From positions 29,884,001 through 29,948,000 of the forward strand of contig CP158635.1 of assembly GCA_050273025.1 (NCBI GenBank): 64,000 nucleotides of DNA. The letters are read 5' to 3'. This DNA comes from Cenococcum geophilum. Lineage: Eukaryota. The position numbers and the translations under genes were made by a program. Shown here piece after piece: positions 1 through 13,700 of the stretch (its first letter is position 1; each line of letters begins with the position of its first letter). The notes beneath the pieces are model-generated. The model searched no databases. It was given only the letters and a program-made list of their open reading frames with translations, and was not told where the DNA came from.

Positions 1-2321
1 CTGCAACGCCTTTATAACGGCGCTGCTTCTATAATACTATACGCCGGGCTTACTAACCTGGTTAGAGACTAATGCCTTAATATAAGGCCTAGCAGCTATT
101 ATATTACAGCTGTTTAAAGACGGCCTTTAGTATCTAATAGCCTTTTAGTTTAGGAAGCTTTTACTAGTAGAGCGTAATTATAAGACCTATAATTAGGAGC
201 TACTAGCTATCGTAGAGGCTTTTAAGTATTGGAGATACTATATTAAGGGGCTATTAAGCCGCCTAAAAGTGCTTATAGATTATAATAATCTAAAGGGTTT
301 TATAAAAGTAAAAGCCCTTAATAGACGGTAAGCTAAATAGGCTATGGCATTAGCTGCCTATAACTTTATCATTAAGTATAGGGCGGGAAAAACGAACCCC
401 GTAGACGCGCTATTGAGGCAACCCCTAGGCGTAGGGGGTCCGCTAGAAAAAGACACTATGCTACTATTGCTCTATAGGACTTTAGGAATATAGGGCTACT
501 AACTTAAGGTAAAAGTCCTATTAGGTATATAAGAAAGCGAGCCTTTTATAAAGGTATTGTTTTTACGGCTATAAGCTAGCAACCTAATAGCGGTACGCCT
601 GGGCTATATAGTATTACGGTTTAACTAGGCAACCTATATATATGCCGTTAAGTAGCGTATAATAAGGACCTAAGTTAGAGAAGCTAGTACTTAAAAGAGT
701 GCTTATAAGTCCAGTATAGAAATAGTTGTTAAGCTTATTAAAGGACTTTAGACTAAAGATAACTTTATACTATAAAAGCGCAGCAACAGCGTGGATACTG
801 TAAGACGCCGTTAACGCGCCCGCTTAAAGCTAGTGTGGTAGTTTAATTCCGCTAGATTACTTTATTACCGCGGGAGGCTATATATACCCCTAGACCCAGT
901 AGTTTATATAAAACTCCTATAGATCTATTACAATAATGCCCTAGCTAGGCACTTTAGTAAGAAAAAGACTCTAGATCTACTTTTGCGTAAGTACTACTGG
1001 CCTAGTATAAATGTGGATATTATAAACTATATCTCTACCTATAATTTATACTAACGTATATATACGCCTTAATATCGCCCTTACGGCAAGCTTTAAGCAC
1101 TGCCTTACCCGGACTAGCCGTGGCAGGAGATTATAATAGACTTTATTATAGGCCTACCGCCTAACAAATAAGGTAATAAGGTATATAACGCAATATATAT
1201 AATAGTTAACCGCTATACTAAGATGGCCTTATATCTACCTATAGTAAAAACTATTACTATAACCGAACTCGCGGATCTCTTCCTTAATAAAATAGTACGC
1301 CGTTTTAGAGCCCCTAGGGGGATTATATCTAATCGCGGTAGTATCTTTACTAGTAAGTTCTAGTCGGAGCTATGCTTTACTATAAAGATAAAACGTAGGC
1401 TAAGTACGGCCTTTTACCTATAAATAGACGGGTAAATAGAACGCCAGAACTAAACCCTAGAGTATTACCTCTGTGTATTCTATAACAAAAAGCAGAGTAA
1501 TTAAGTAGGCCTTTTATTGCTAGCTAAATTTGCCTATAGTAATGCTAAATATAGTATAATAGGTATAAGCCCGTTCTATGCCTATTATAGGTTTTGCCTA
1601 TATCTAGAATATAAGGTTTAGGCGGACGATAGTAGTTCTATTCTAGCCGCCTCTAAAAGGATTAAAAGAATATTCCTTAAACGCGAAGCGCTAGCGAAAC
1701 GCTAGGAGCATGCCGCTAAGTCGTAGGCGAAATACTATAATTGTTATTACTAACTATAGGTATATAAAGTAGGGGATTTAGTCTTACTATTAACTAAGAA
1801 CCTTAAACTAAAAAGGCTAAGTAAGAAACTTATAGCACGCTTTATTGGACCTTTTTATATAGCTAAACTAGTTAGAAAGTAAGTATACCAGCTATATTTA
1901 CCTACGTCTTACCGTATCTACCTAGTGTTCTATATTAGCTTACTAGAGCTATATAAACAACGTAAGGGCACTACTAAAGACCCTTTACTAGGGCCTATTA
2001 AGCTAGATGATAAAAAGGACTAAGAGGACTAATATAAGGTAGAAGAAGAATGTAGAAGGAAGAAATATAACTAAACCCTATAGTACCTAGTTAAGTAGAA
2101 AGGCTAGCTAAAAGAGTATAATAAATAGGTCCTAGTAGAGGACATTAATAAGGACGTAAAGGAGATATATAATAGTTACTTTACCCTAAGGGGTAAATGG
2201 AAAAGAAAGTAGGTAAGAGAATAAAAAACTTTTAATTATAACTAGGATTATGCCCTACTAATAGGGCAACGACGGAACGACGGCGGAGTGATGGTAGTAC
2301 GCTAATAGAAATATAGATACT

Positions 2322-3172
2322 CTATAGCTTTATTAAATCCTCCTTCTCCTCCCTTCCTTCCTCTTTCTCCTCCTCTCCCTTCTTATCCTCCTTTCCCTTC
2401 TTATCCTCCTTTCCCTTCTTATCCTCCTTTCCCTTCTTATCCTCCTTTCCCTTCTTATCCTCCTCTCCCTCCTCTTTATTATCCTTATTATCCTTCTCCT
2501 TATCCCTTATAATAGGAGGCATATTAGCCTATAAGTACTATTAGTATACACTATAACGGCAAAATACTTGCGCTATAATATGTACTAAAGCGCGCATTAT
2601 GTTGAGAATTCCTTTAAGGGTATAACGAATGGCTTATAATTTCTGCACTTAGAGTAGGGAAAAGTCTTTACCCTTTAGGCGCTGGCGGAGACCGTACTTA
2701 GCGCTAGTGCGTAGCAAAGCCTTAATATCCTTTGTAAAGGATCTCTAGGTAGCAGCAATGTAAGTATTAAGGTTAACCGTATCCCCGCTAGTAACCCGCC
2801 GGCGCTTAGCCCTATTAATAAGGGTAAGCAGCTTATTTAGGCGGCTGTAGAAGGCCTTAGGGACCTAGTCTGTTAGCTATTAGAACCTAAACTAATATAT
2901 TTAGACTTACTGCTTGGCACGACTTATTTAGTCATTAGTAATACCCGTAATTATAGTTAACCTGCTTACCGCAGATAGCCTACTTAGTAGCGGCTACGCG
3001 CTTAGTATAGCGGAGGTAAATTAATTTAAGTAAGGCTAGGGGAGCACCTTGCGAATAATAAGGAAGCTTAGACGGCGTTTAGTAGGGTTAACGATAGCTA
3101 TAAGCTAGTATAAAGAATACTTACGGAAGGCTCGCCAACAGGCAAACCGGCGGCGTTACGCTTGCGATTTAT
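2322..3172 (-). pseudogene. Antisense 4-exon accessory gene inside Gypsy A; ~229-aa Cys6-cluster protein with acidic tail (RIP-inactivated)
   Basis: Exons 3172-3125, 3066-2911, 2864-2586, 2528-2322; introns 3124-3067, 2910-2865, 2585-2529 with GTAAGT/GTAAGT/GTACAT donors, all phase 0; last exon in frame with track ORF 2322..2522; start ATA read as RIPed ATG. Confidence 0.75.
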
Positions 3173-3484
3173 AATTAATTAGAAGTTAGGAAGAAGGCAA
3201 GTCGTAGGCTAAATGAATTAAAATTAAATAGGAAGGGAAATCTAGTATTTTACCTTAGGGGGGACTCCTACCTTTATAGATCTCTATAAGGCCCTAGCAT
3301 TCTATTATCCTATTTACTTATTATCCTATTATCCTATTTACTTATTGTCCTATTATCCTATTTACATATTATCTAATTTACTTAAATTTTATTATACACT
3401 TTTTATTTAGTAAAGAACAAGAATAACACTCCTATTGTATAATAGCGGCGGCTAATAACAGCTGCTTAAGAAAGGGGGGGCAAT

Positions 3485-3698
3485 TATTAGGCTATAGAGA
3501 CGTACTAGCTGTACCCGGCTTGGCGCAGGCGAGGCGCAGGCGAGGCGCAGACGAGGCGCCTACAAAACGTAGTCGCCCCGCATTAGAGAATAGTAGAATT
3601 TAGTTCTATAGTTCTACTTTATTAAGAACCAAATACTTCTTGCATCTCGCTACTGTTATTACGTTGCTATATACCCTTAGGGCCTTAGCGTCCTAACA
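3485..3698 (+). repeat. 3' LTR of Gypsy A (214 bp)
   Basis: Follows PPT; inverted termini T(G>A)TTAGG / CCTAACA. Confidence 0.8.
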
Positions 3699-3881
3699 GT
3701 CTCTATAAATAGTTTCTCTTCTTTATAGTAAATCTTAGAATATAATTAGAGTTAATTTATTGGGCAACCACTTTACTAGTTATTATTACGTTATTAACTT
3801 CTTATTTATCTATATACCCAGCCTATTAATAAGTCTACCGTAGTTCTTACTATAAGTCTTCGTTATAAACTATAATATGGA

Positions 3882-6800
3882 TATTACAGTGCTGTAATAA
3901 AGTAGACTAAATAACTACGTTATGGTATAAAGAGGGGAAGAAGGTGGAAAGGGGGTATTATATATAAATAGTAGGGCTGGCCGCTAAGTCACTAGTGGTG
4001 GGCTAGCCAACAGTAGGAAACAGTATGAGACAGTATAAAACAGTATGCGTTAGGTCAGTGCCGTAACAGTACTCCTCTCCCCTAGATAGTTTAGTCCCTA
4101 AACTAAATAGATAACTTAAAAATAGGCAGTATATGGGGTTACTTATTTTTTACCGTAAAGATATTAGTTCCGCTTACTACCCTTAACCAAGCTAATAGTA
4201 ATTTCTTATACCGGGCATAGAAAATCCTAATTAGTTAATTTAGTAAGTAAGGTTGGTAGAACTCTATACCACCACCTAAATTAATCCGCGTGGCGTTTCT
4301 TAACAAGAATTTAGCTAATTAGACAACTTTAACCGCCAGTTAAAGTTCTATAACATCTTAACCACTACAAATTTTAATATGGTGGTCGGCCGTAACCTTA
4401 GCGTGACTTTTCCTTATCTTATACCTAGTCTAGGGGTCCTAGCTTCTTAGGGTGTTGCTTATAGAAGCGCTATATAGCTTATTTGTAACCCTTTAGGTCT
4501 TCCTTTAGCTGCTAGGTTATATCCTTATAATATTTCTATTTAATCTTATAAGTTAGGCCTTGGGGGTCTTTATTATATACATTAAGGATTTTCTTAAACT
4601 CCTATTTATCTTCTATGTTGCCGTCATTATCTCTTTCTGCTACTCGTCCTTATACATTACGGTGTTCTATGGTATTAATATTTGCTTAGCTAGGAATCTC
4701 TTTAGTAGCCTAGAGGCGGACCTTAGATATATAAAAGGATTTATTTACTTGGATATGGTTTAGGAGGTCTACTATAACTGCCCCTTAGTATACTACGAGT
4801 ATAGGGTATAGGCCATCCCATTTATTATCCTATTTCTTCTTAGGTCTATTTATCTTTATATTTTCTAAGCTAACTATAACTATATCGCCTTTGTAGAATA
4901 ACGCGCTCTTATCCCTATAGGTATTAGCATTATCTTTATAGCGTTACTGTAAAATCCAGGCTAGGGCCTTAAGCTATATTAATATCCGCTTAAAGCAGTT
5001 AGCCATAGAGTCTACGCAGAAGAACTTCTTCTTTACTTATACTAATAGTATTAGTAGGCGGGGGCTAGTAGGCTTAATTCCGAGGCGAGGGTTAAAGCTA
5101 TAGTTTGTAAAAAATAGGAAGATACCTATACTCTTATTAACTTAGTTATTTATAGCAAACTTAGTAAGCGGCAGGTAGTTAACCCAGTTATCCTATATAA
5201 AGCTAATAAAAGTATAAAGGTATTTATTTACGGCAGTATTAATAATTTTAGTTTAGCTATCCGTTTCTAGGTGCTAGGCTAAGCTTAATTATAAGGTTAT
5301 TTTAAGGCGTTTACTTAGTTATTGCCAGAAGTTACTAATAAATTATATACCATAATCGGAAATAATTGTACTTAGTGTACTATAGAGCTTATACACGTTA
5401 TTAATAAAGCTATTAACTAGCTCCTTTATTAAGAGTTCTATTACTAAAATAAGGTATTATATTTTAGTTAGGCGGTTTATAATAACAAGAATATATTTAT
5501 ATGCCTTACCGTAGCGTTGGTATACTAGTAGTGTTATAATATAGTTAATTAAGATATTAGTCTATAGGCAGGCAGGTAATTTTAGTAGCTTTAAGAAATT
5601 AGGCGGGGTAGAATACGGGGTTTTAGTATAAAAGTATAGGGTATAGTCTTTAATAAAGGTAGCTATAAACTAGGAGATTTTTGGCCACTAGTATATTTGG
5701 TTTAAGAGATTAAGAGTTTTAACCCGGCTAGGGTAACTAGCGGGGCCGCTGCTATAAGAGTAATAGGTAACTTCTAAGTAAAGGTCTAGGGCGTTAGGGA
5801 CAAAGAGATATTAATAGAAGTAGATCTATCCGTTAATAATACTATATTCTAACTTATTACAACAAAGTAATTTCCTAATTTTCTTTAGTTAACGGCGAGC
5901 TTTCTAATCACGTAGGGCCGCTACTATATCTCTTATAAGTTTGTTCTCCTAGTATCCTAGCTAGATTAACTTATTTAGTAACTTTTTAGCTATTTTAGGG
6001 TCTAGAGCGGCTATAAACTCTATGTTATTAAAGTTGCGGGACTTATATAGTAATTCTTTTAAAATTATAGGGTTAACTTTCTAGGGCGGTATAATGACTT
6101 AGGCTTAGTAGCGGAGGCGTTTATTATTGGCGTCCTTAGGTCTTATTCCTAGTAGCTAGCTTAGGGCATTAAGGAGCGTGGCTTTGCTACTAGGTCTATA
6201 TATAATTATAAAGTTAAACTATAAAAGGAACTCTACCTACTAGACTTAGTACTAATTTAGCTACTTAGTAGTTATAAACGTCTATAGGTTTTTATAGTTG
6301 GTAATAATTTTAAACGGCTCCTTAGTCCCTTATAGCTTAGGACGCTATTCCTTTAAAGCCTTAATAATAGCTAAGAGTTCTTTATTATAGATCTTATAGT
6401 TATACTCTAGCGCAGAGTGCTTTATGGAGAAGAATGCAACTAGTCTTAATTTTCCGTTATTATTATATTAGGAAAAGACTCTACTAGAAGCCTAATTTAA
6501 TGCGTTTATCTCTACTACTATTTTCTTTGTGTAGTTATAGTATGCTAGTACTAGTGCTAAAGTAAAGGCTCCCTTAAGGGCCTTAAATAATCTAGCTTAT
6601 TCTAGTCCCTATAGCCATCCGATATCCTTCTTTAGGAGTTTTATTATAGGTATAGTGATAGCAGAGTAGTCTTAGATAAATTGTTAGTAGAAGTTCGCAA
6701 AGCTAAGAAATTATTATAGTTCTTTAATTAATATTAGGTCCTTCTATTCCTATAAGGCCTATATCTTCTTAGGGTTTATAGTTATACTATTAGTTAAAAT

Positions 6801-9800
6801 AATTAAACCGAGGTATTTTATTTTAGTAGAGTAAAACTTAGACTTATTAATATTAATCTAAAGTCTAGCATTACCGAGTCTTTAGATAACTTTATTTACA
6901 TACTTAGTATACTTAGCGCGTGTTTTAGAAAAGATAAGGACATTATTAAGGTAGGCAGTGTAGTAGTTATTAAGGGCGTTATATAGAATATAGCAGGTGT
7001 TATAGAGGCTAAATAGTATAACTAGTATCTTATAGAGTCTAAACTGGGTAATAAATGCTATAAGCCACTTATAGCCCTTCGTAATCTAGATCCGGTTAAA
7101 CGCAGTAATTATATTAAGTTTAGTAAAGTACTTAGCACTATAAAGTGCGTTAAGTGTCTCGTAGATTAGTGGTAGTAGGTACTAATTTTTAATAGTAACT
7201 ATATTTAGGCCTCGGTAGTTATAGTAGATTTATACACTACTGCTGGGCTTAGTAGTAAGAAAGAGTAGTGTGGTAGCTAGTAAGGTTAATTTGTGGATAA
7301 AACCCTTATCCAGTATCTTATTAATCCACTTCTTTACACACCTAAGTTTAGTAAGTAAAAGTGGTCTATTTTTATAGTACGGGGCCTAGTTTCTAGGGAT
7401 AATCTTAATTTTATAGTCCTATAGTTAGTAAAGGGGCAGCTTATCTATATTCTTAGGGAGGAAGTGCTTAATATATTTACGGAACTCCTTTAGTAGGCGT
7501 TATAGAATATCTTCGCGGGTTAATCCTAGTTTGCCTTTTAGAATTTTTTTAATATTAGTATTAACTATCTTCCAATATAAAAGCTCGGGTTTAGTTTTTA
7601 GATTTATTTTAAGGAAGTTATAAAAATAGGGGGAGAGTACTTTACGGGCTTCCTTTATTATATAGTCGCCTTCTACTAGCCAGTAGAAAGACTTTTCTAA
7701 TAGGTTTAGTACTTCTATTAGGCCTATAGGCAGCTCTTTAAGCAGCTGTTAGTACTTATCTTATTTAACTAGTTCTACTAGCTCCGCTATATAGATCCTT
7801 ATTACCTTTACGTCTTTTTATTTATAGAACTAGGTAAAATTAATAGCATAAGTGCATTTAATATTGTCTAGGTTAGGGCGTATCTAGTTCTCTAGTGCTA
7901 CGGCTAGGCTAGCACAGCTTAATTAGCCTGGGGGGGCGGAAATGAGGCGGCGGCCCTATACAGTACGCGCGGGAGATGGGTATAAGGTTAGGCGTTATAG
8001 TGGCGCGGTTTCTATTATTTAGGTCTTAGTAGTTTTATAGCCAGTCCTTGCTATAACGCGAGCTATAGTGTGCGTATATAGTATATGGCTTAGTTCTGGG
8101 TATCGGGCTAAGCAGCTAGGGTTTAAATGGTACCTAGGTTAGGGTTGGATTCTTAGTAGTAACGGCGTAAAGCGGACCTTCTTTTTTAGTCTTGGTAGGG
8201 CTAGCTAGCCCGTCGTTTTAGTCTTAAGTACTAGGGTAGTCTAGTCTTCTACTATCTCGTTTCTTTGCAGCTATATAGGCTCCCCTTTATTAGGAATATC
8301 TTCTACTATTAGGGCTTTATATATAGTCCTAGGTACTAGGCTGAATAGTGCTAAGTATCTATATAGGGCGTCCCTACTACCGTCGGTTATCCCCTATAGG
8401 AGGTAGTGCCTAAAGTAGTAGTCTAAGTTAAAGCGGATCTTAAGTTTCCTAAAGCTAGGACGGGGCTTATACTTCTAAAGCTAAGGTATACCTAGGATAA
8501 TTAGGGTAGTAGGTAAGAGTTTAGTAATAAAAAAGAGTATAGCTTTATTATAGAGGCCGATTAATATTTAGGCAGTAAAGTAGTCTATAATAAGTAAAGT
8601 TAGAATACTATCTATAAGGCGTAGTAGCCTAAATACTAGTAGCTTCTTAATTATAACGTTATACTTTCTTATAATAGACTCTACATTAGCAAATGCTATT
8701 ATAGTACTACCAGAGTCTATTAGGCTTACTATATTAATATAAACTTAGGGGTATAGGTTATGTAATAAGGAGAGTTGGGTTTAAATAAGGATTAATTTCT
8801 TATTACTATTTACTAATCTAAGATTAAGTGGCAGCTTATTAATAAAAAGGACTAATTAATCTAGTAACAGGGACCTAATCTTCTTGTCTTCCTCCTTATA
8901 TAGTTTAGACCCTTAAACGCAACTTAGTTTAAGGGTTTGCCTTTTAATAACTAGGGTATAGGGCTGTCTTAGCGGGGCGGTCTAGTATCCATTTAGCTAG
9001 CAGTATTGGTTTTAGTCTTGGTTAAGGTATAGGAAAACGATACCTTGCCGATAATGTGGCTGTGTTTATATTTGCTAGCGCGAAGTCGCTAATATTAGGC
9101 GTTGTTAACGGGTTAGGCTCCTATATAGGGTATAGTTTAGAGTAACTAAGCTATAGGATTAAAGGGGGGGGGGTCGTTTACCGCGGCTATAATAGGCTCC
9201 GCGGTTGCCGCGTTTATAGTAGACTCTATAGTTGCCGCGTCCGTAGTTATTAGTTCGCGTCGTTTAATAGGGTGGCATTAGGACTAGGTTTACTGTCTTA
9301 GCGGGGTTATAGGCGTCCTTTTAGTAGCTAGGTAGGCTATAGGCAAAGTATAGTCTATTATTAACGCGGCGCTTACGCTCCGTATCTAAGATTCTATTAA
9401 GGTCTATAGGTTCTCTAATTACTACTAGGGTCGGGGTTAATATAGGGGTAGGGGCTTAGGTAGGTAGGCGGTAGTTAGCGTTCTTCTTAAGGTTGGCTCG
9501 GTATATATAGTTCGCGAGATTCTTTACAAATATATCTATCTGCTTACTCCAACCTATATAGTCGTTATTATTAATTTTATAGGTAAGTCTAAGTACCAGC
9601 TCTTCTATCTTTAGAGAGATAAACTTTTAAAGTAGGTCCACCTTCTATTTATCTATCTTCTTAGCGCGGACTATTAGCTTATTAAGCTTTCCCTTCCAAA
9701 ACTAGTAATTACGCTCGCCCTAGGGGAAATGGTTAAGCTTATTTTTTATAACCTAGGTTATATTAAGGACCTTATAGTAGGTAGTAAGGTCTTTAAGCAT

Positions 9801-10751
9801 ATCTTCCTTAGTGGGCCATTTTTATACAGATATGTTGTTTAGGTTCTTATATATAAGCTCTAGGCCTTATCCTCTAGCATATCTAAGATATAAAGGATCT
9901 GGGACTAAACTATATTAAAGTAGTCCCAATCCTAGTTAAAGACTCCCTTAATCTTAATATACCAGGTCTTAAAATTAGCTTATTATTCTAGTAGGGTGCC
10001 TTTTCCGCTAAATATTAGCGGGTCTTTAGATCTCCGTTTTTTCTACTAGGTTACTACCGTTATTATAGGGGTTAATTATTTTAGAATGGCGATAGTCTCT
10101 ATCTAGGAGTTAATAGTTCCTATCTAGGAAGTGATAAGGGCACTAAGGTTTTCGTTAGCTTTTTTATTAACGGTGTTTATATTATATATACACTATAGTC
10201 CTACTTTAATATTATTAAGAAACTCGTTGGTATAGTTAATAAGGGTAAGGTAAGCTTTGCTAAGCTTAAAGGTCTTAGGGTATAGTAGGGAGCGGCGGAT
10301 TATCTACGCGATATTGGGGTATATCTCTATAAAGAGGTCTATAAAAACGTTACGGGGGTTCTAGGTTTCAGCCATTTTAGCGTTATTAGTGTTGCCTATC
10401 TAGGCGCTAGGTAAAAACTAAGGATTGTTTTAGGACTGTACTAGGGACGTATTAGTTTTAGCAGAGGCGCGTATAGGTCGCGATTGCTCTAGGGTAGAGG
10501 TTAATTGGCTAGGGTATAAGGAATTAGTAATCGCGATGGGGCGTAAATTAAAGATACTACAAACTGTTATAGTACTGCAATAAAGTAGACTAAATAACTA
10601 CGTTATAGTATAAAGAGGGGAAGAAGGTGGAAAGGGGGTATTATATATAAATAGTAGGGCCGGCCACTAAGTCACTAGTGGTAGGCTAGCCAATAGTAGG
10701 AAACAGTACAAGACAGTATAAAACAGTATGCGTCAGGTCAGTACCGTAATA
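3882..10751 (-). mobile_element. Full-length Ty3/Gypsy chromovirus C, RIP-degraded
   Basis: 187-bp LTRs at 3882-4068 and 10565-10751; minus-strand PPT at 4072-4082; RT AYL(D)(D)VLIFS ~6935-6960, RNase H, integrase, chromodomain ~4480-4600; gag start ~10375; flanks ATGGA/ACGAA consistent with a RIP-diverged 5-bp TSD. Confidence 0.9.
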
Positions 10752-13700
10752 ACGAAGTTACTAGCAATAGTAGCTAGTTTTAAGCACTAGAGATACTATT
10801 TAGAAGGGGCGTAATATTAGGTTAAATTGCTAACCAATTACGCCAATTTACGGTCTTTTATAATTATAAAAGAGCTATTATAGAAATAGGTAAGATGGGC
10901 TAAATAGCTAGCTATCTTTAATTTCTGCATTATATACTAAAAAGGCGCAAGTAACCTAGTAGATGCCCTATTATAGTAACTAGATTATAAAGAGATGGAC
11001 TAAACTATCCCCCTTACTAATAGAGAACTAAATACAATTTTTTAAAGTCTTTAATTATAGCTTAATATAAGCTAATCTAATAGAGTAGGCGGCTAGCTAT
11101 TAATAGGAGCAATTATAGGCCGATTAGGCCGTATTAGTATAGGTAGTGCGTAATACTAAGCGCTATAGACTAAACTAGCTGGGATAGCAGTAGAAGAGTC
11201 CAAAACGGTATATACCCTAAAAAACTTACTCCTAAAAGAGGTAAAGGAAGCTTTATCTACCAATTTAGGCGTAATTAGATAAAGTAAAGGAGAAGGAGGG
11301 CTAATAGGGCAGCTAAAGTTAGAGTAATTATATTATCCTAATCTGGCTAAAAGATTAAAAGGATAATAACGGTATACTCCGCCACTAAGGAAGGCTATAT
11401 ATCCTAAATAGGAGACTATAGCTTAAGGTAATATAGCGTTGCTATAATAGTAAGCTAGTAGGACATTTCGGTATAATAAAAACGTTAGAACTAGTCTAAT
11501 ATTAGTATTACTAGCTAGAAGCAAGATAATACGTTAAAGATTAGATCTAAGGCTGCTATACCTATAGCCGGATTAAGCTGTTAAGACACTAACTATATAG
11601 GGTACTATACCCCCTACTAGTCCTAAGAGGCCCCTAAAAAGATATTATACTTAATTTTATTATGGAACTACCTCTAAGTAAGTATATAGGTATTTAGTAT
11701 AACGCAGTTTTAGTAATAGTGGACTAATTTATAAAAATAGCCTACTATATCTCTATAAGAGGGGACTTAAAGGCCTAAGGTCTAGCGAACCTACTTATAA
11801 AAGAGGTAATTAGACTATATAGAGTTCTATAGTCTATTATATTAAACTAAGGACCAATTTTAACCTTTAAATTTTAGTCTTTACTATACTTCTATCTAGG
11901 AATTAAGCAAAACTTATCTACTATATTCTACCCTTAGATAAATAAGTAGATAGAAAGATAAAATTAAACTATAGAGTAGTACCTTAGGGTATTCTATAAC
12001 TTTAAACAGATAAACTAGGCTAATCTCCTTACTATAGCAGAGTTTGCTTATAATAACTTAATCCACGCCTTTATAGAAATAACCCTATTTTAGGCAAATA
12101 AGGCCAGACTGCTATTTAGAGGTAAGGGTCTAAGAGAAGGCTATAGAGGTAGTATATTAAAGTATACTAAAGAATTAGCTAATAAATTAAGGCAATTTTT
12201 GGTTAAGGCTTAAGAATTCTAAGTAAAATACTATAATATAGGTTATAAACCCATAGAATTTAAGAAAGGAGACTATATACAGCTAGCAGGCAAGTATATA
12301 CGGACAAGTAGACCTAAGATTATAAGAACTTTAGACTCTTTAAGGTTATAAGGGTAATTAATACACAGGCATATTAGCTTAAATTGCTAAAAAATTAAAA
12401 AATCTATAATGTGTTCTATATATCCCTTTTAGAAAAATATATACCAGATATAATTAGTAAAAGATAATAGCCTATACCTTATTTTATAGATATACCTAAA
12501 TTAGAACAATAGTATATTTAGGCTATTTTAGGCTAGATAGAAGACAAAAATGGAACTATAAAGTATTAAGTGCGTTAGAAAGGATATAGTCTAAAAGATA
12601 ATATATAAAAACTAGCCAAAAATCTATTAAAACCCACAATAAGAGCTTATAGGCGCACTTTAGAACAAAATAGGTTAGGGACTACCTATAACTTAGACCT
12701 TAAAAGCAAGAACTATAATAAACTAAATCAGTCCCTAAAAAAGAGGAAGGGCGCTAAATAGTAACTCTTTTTTAATTTTTCCCTAAATAGGGTTTTATAA
12801 GTTTTAGTAAGACTATAAGAGGGCTTAGTTAGTCTAATTAGGACAATAATATAATTAGGAATAAATTAGAACTAATATAGTAGAATTTAGTCTAAGGAGT
12901 ACTAATAGTGCCCTATAGCTAAAAGAGCCAGTTTATACTTACCTAGGTAAAAAGTATAAAAGAAAAGGGCCAACCTATTACTATTTTTTGTTAACTAACC
13001 TAAATGTAATAAAAGAAACTAAACTAAAGAAGGCCGCCGCCTAAAGGGACCTATAAGATATTAACCTAGCTAAAAAGGGTTAAGAAAGGACCACTTATTA
13101 AATACTAATACTAAATCCCGCCGAACTAAAGCTATTAGCTAAATCGTCCCTAACTAAAGAAGAATAAGCTATATTAGCACTAGAATTACGCTCTAGATTC
13201 CCTAAAGTATTAGAAGAAGTTATATTACTACTAACTAGCTTAAAATAGCTAAGGGGATTAGCTTAAGGCGTAAGAGGGGTTATAGGGGTTAGAGTGCTAC
13301 TAATAAGCTTTATATTATCGAGATAGTCGGTAATACGGCGTAAAGTAGTGTTAATACTAGTTATACTCCCTTTAAGAAAATTAAGCCAGGCCCCTAGGTC
13401 CTTAATGTTATAAGAAAGGCGCTAAAGGAGGTTAGTATAATTATTAAGCTTTATAATAACCTTAGTAGGAGCAGCTAAAGTATATTACACCTAAAATAGA
13501 CTAATTAGAATTAAAAATAGCCAAAGGATATTAATAAGACCTATAGTAGTAAGAGCTTCCTAAAGATATTCCAAGTTCTATTTTAGCAAATTAGATAAAC
13601 CGTTTAACTAAATAGATAGGACCCTATTAGGAGAAGTTAGGGCTAATTCTTATAGAAAGGATAGAATAAAAGCCGGAATGTCCCTCTATAGAGTAAAGGT

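Larger units (their letters stand above)
1..3698 (+). mobile_element. Ty3/Gypsy chromovirus A, 3' part (RNase H, integrase, chromodomain, 3' LTR), RIP-degraded; 5' end outside window
   Basis: Degenerate motifs: TDAS/ELLAIVEAFKHWRHY (~70-245), integrase HHCC and DDE (~930-1600), chromodomain YLVKW (~2030-2170); polypurine tract aagaaaggggggg then LTR 3485-3698 with termini tattagg...cctaaca. Confidence 0.9.

Noticed and set aside
3699..3870. Possible direct continuation of D RNase H upstream of element C
   Set aside because: Only the last few codons fit; the rest does not read as RNase H, so origin left unassigned
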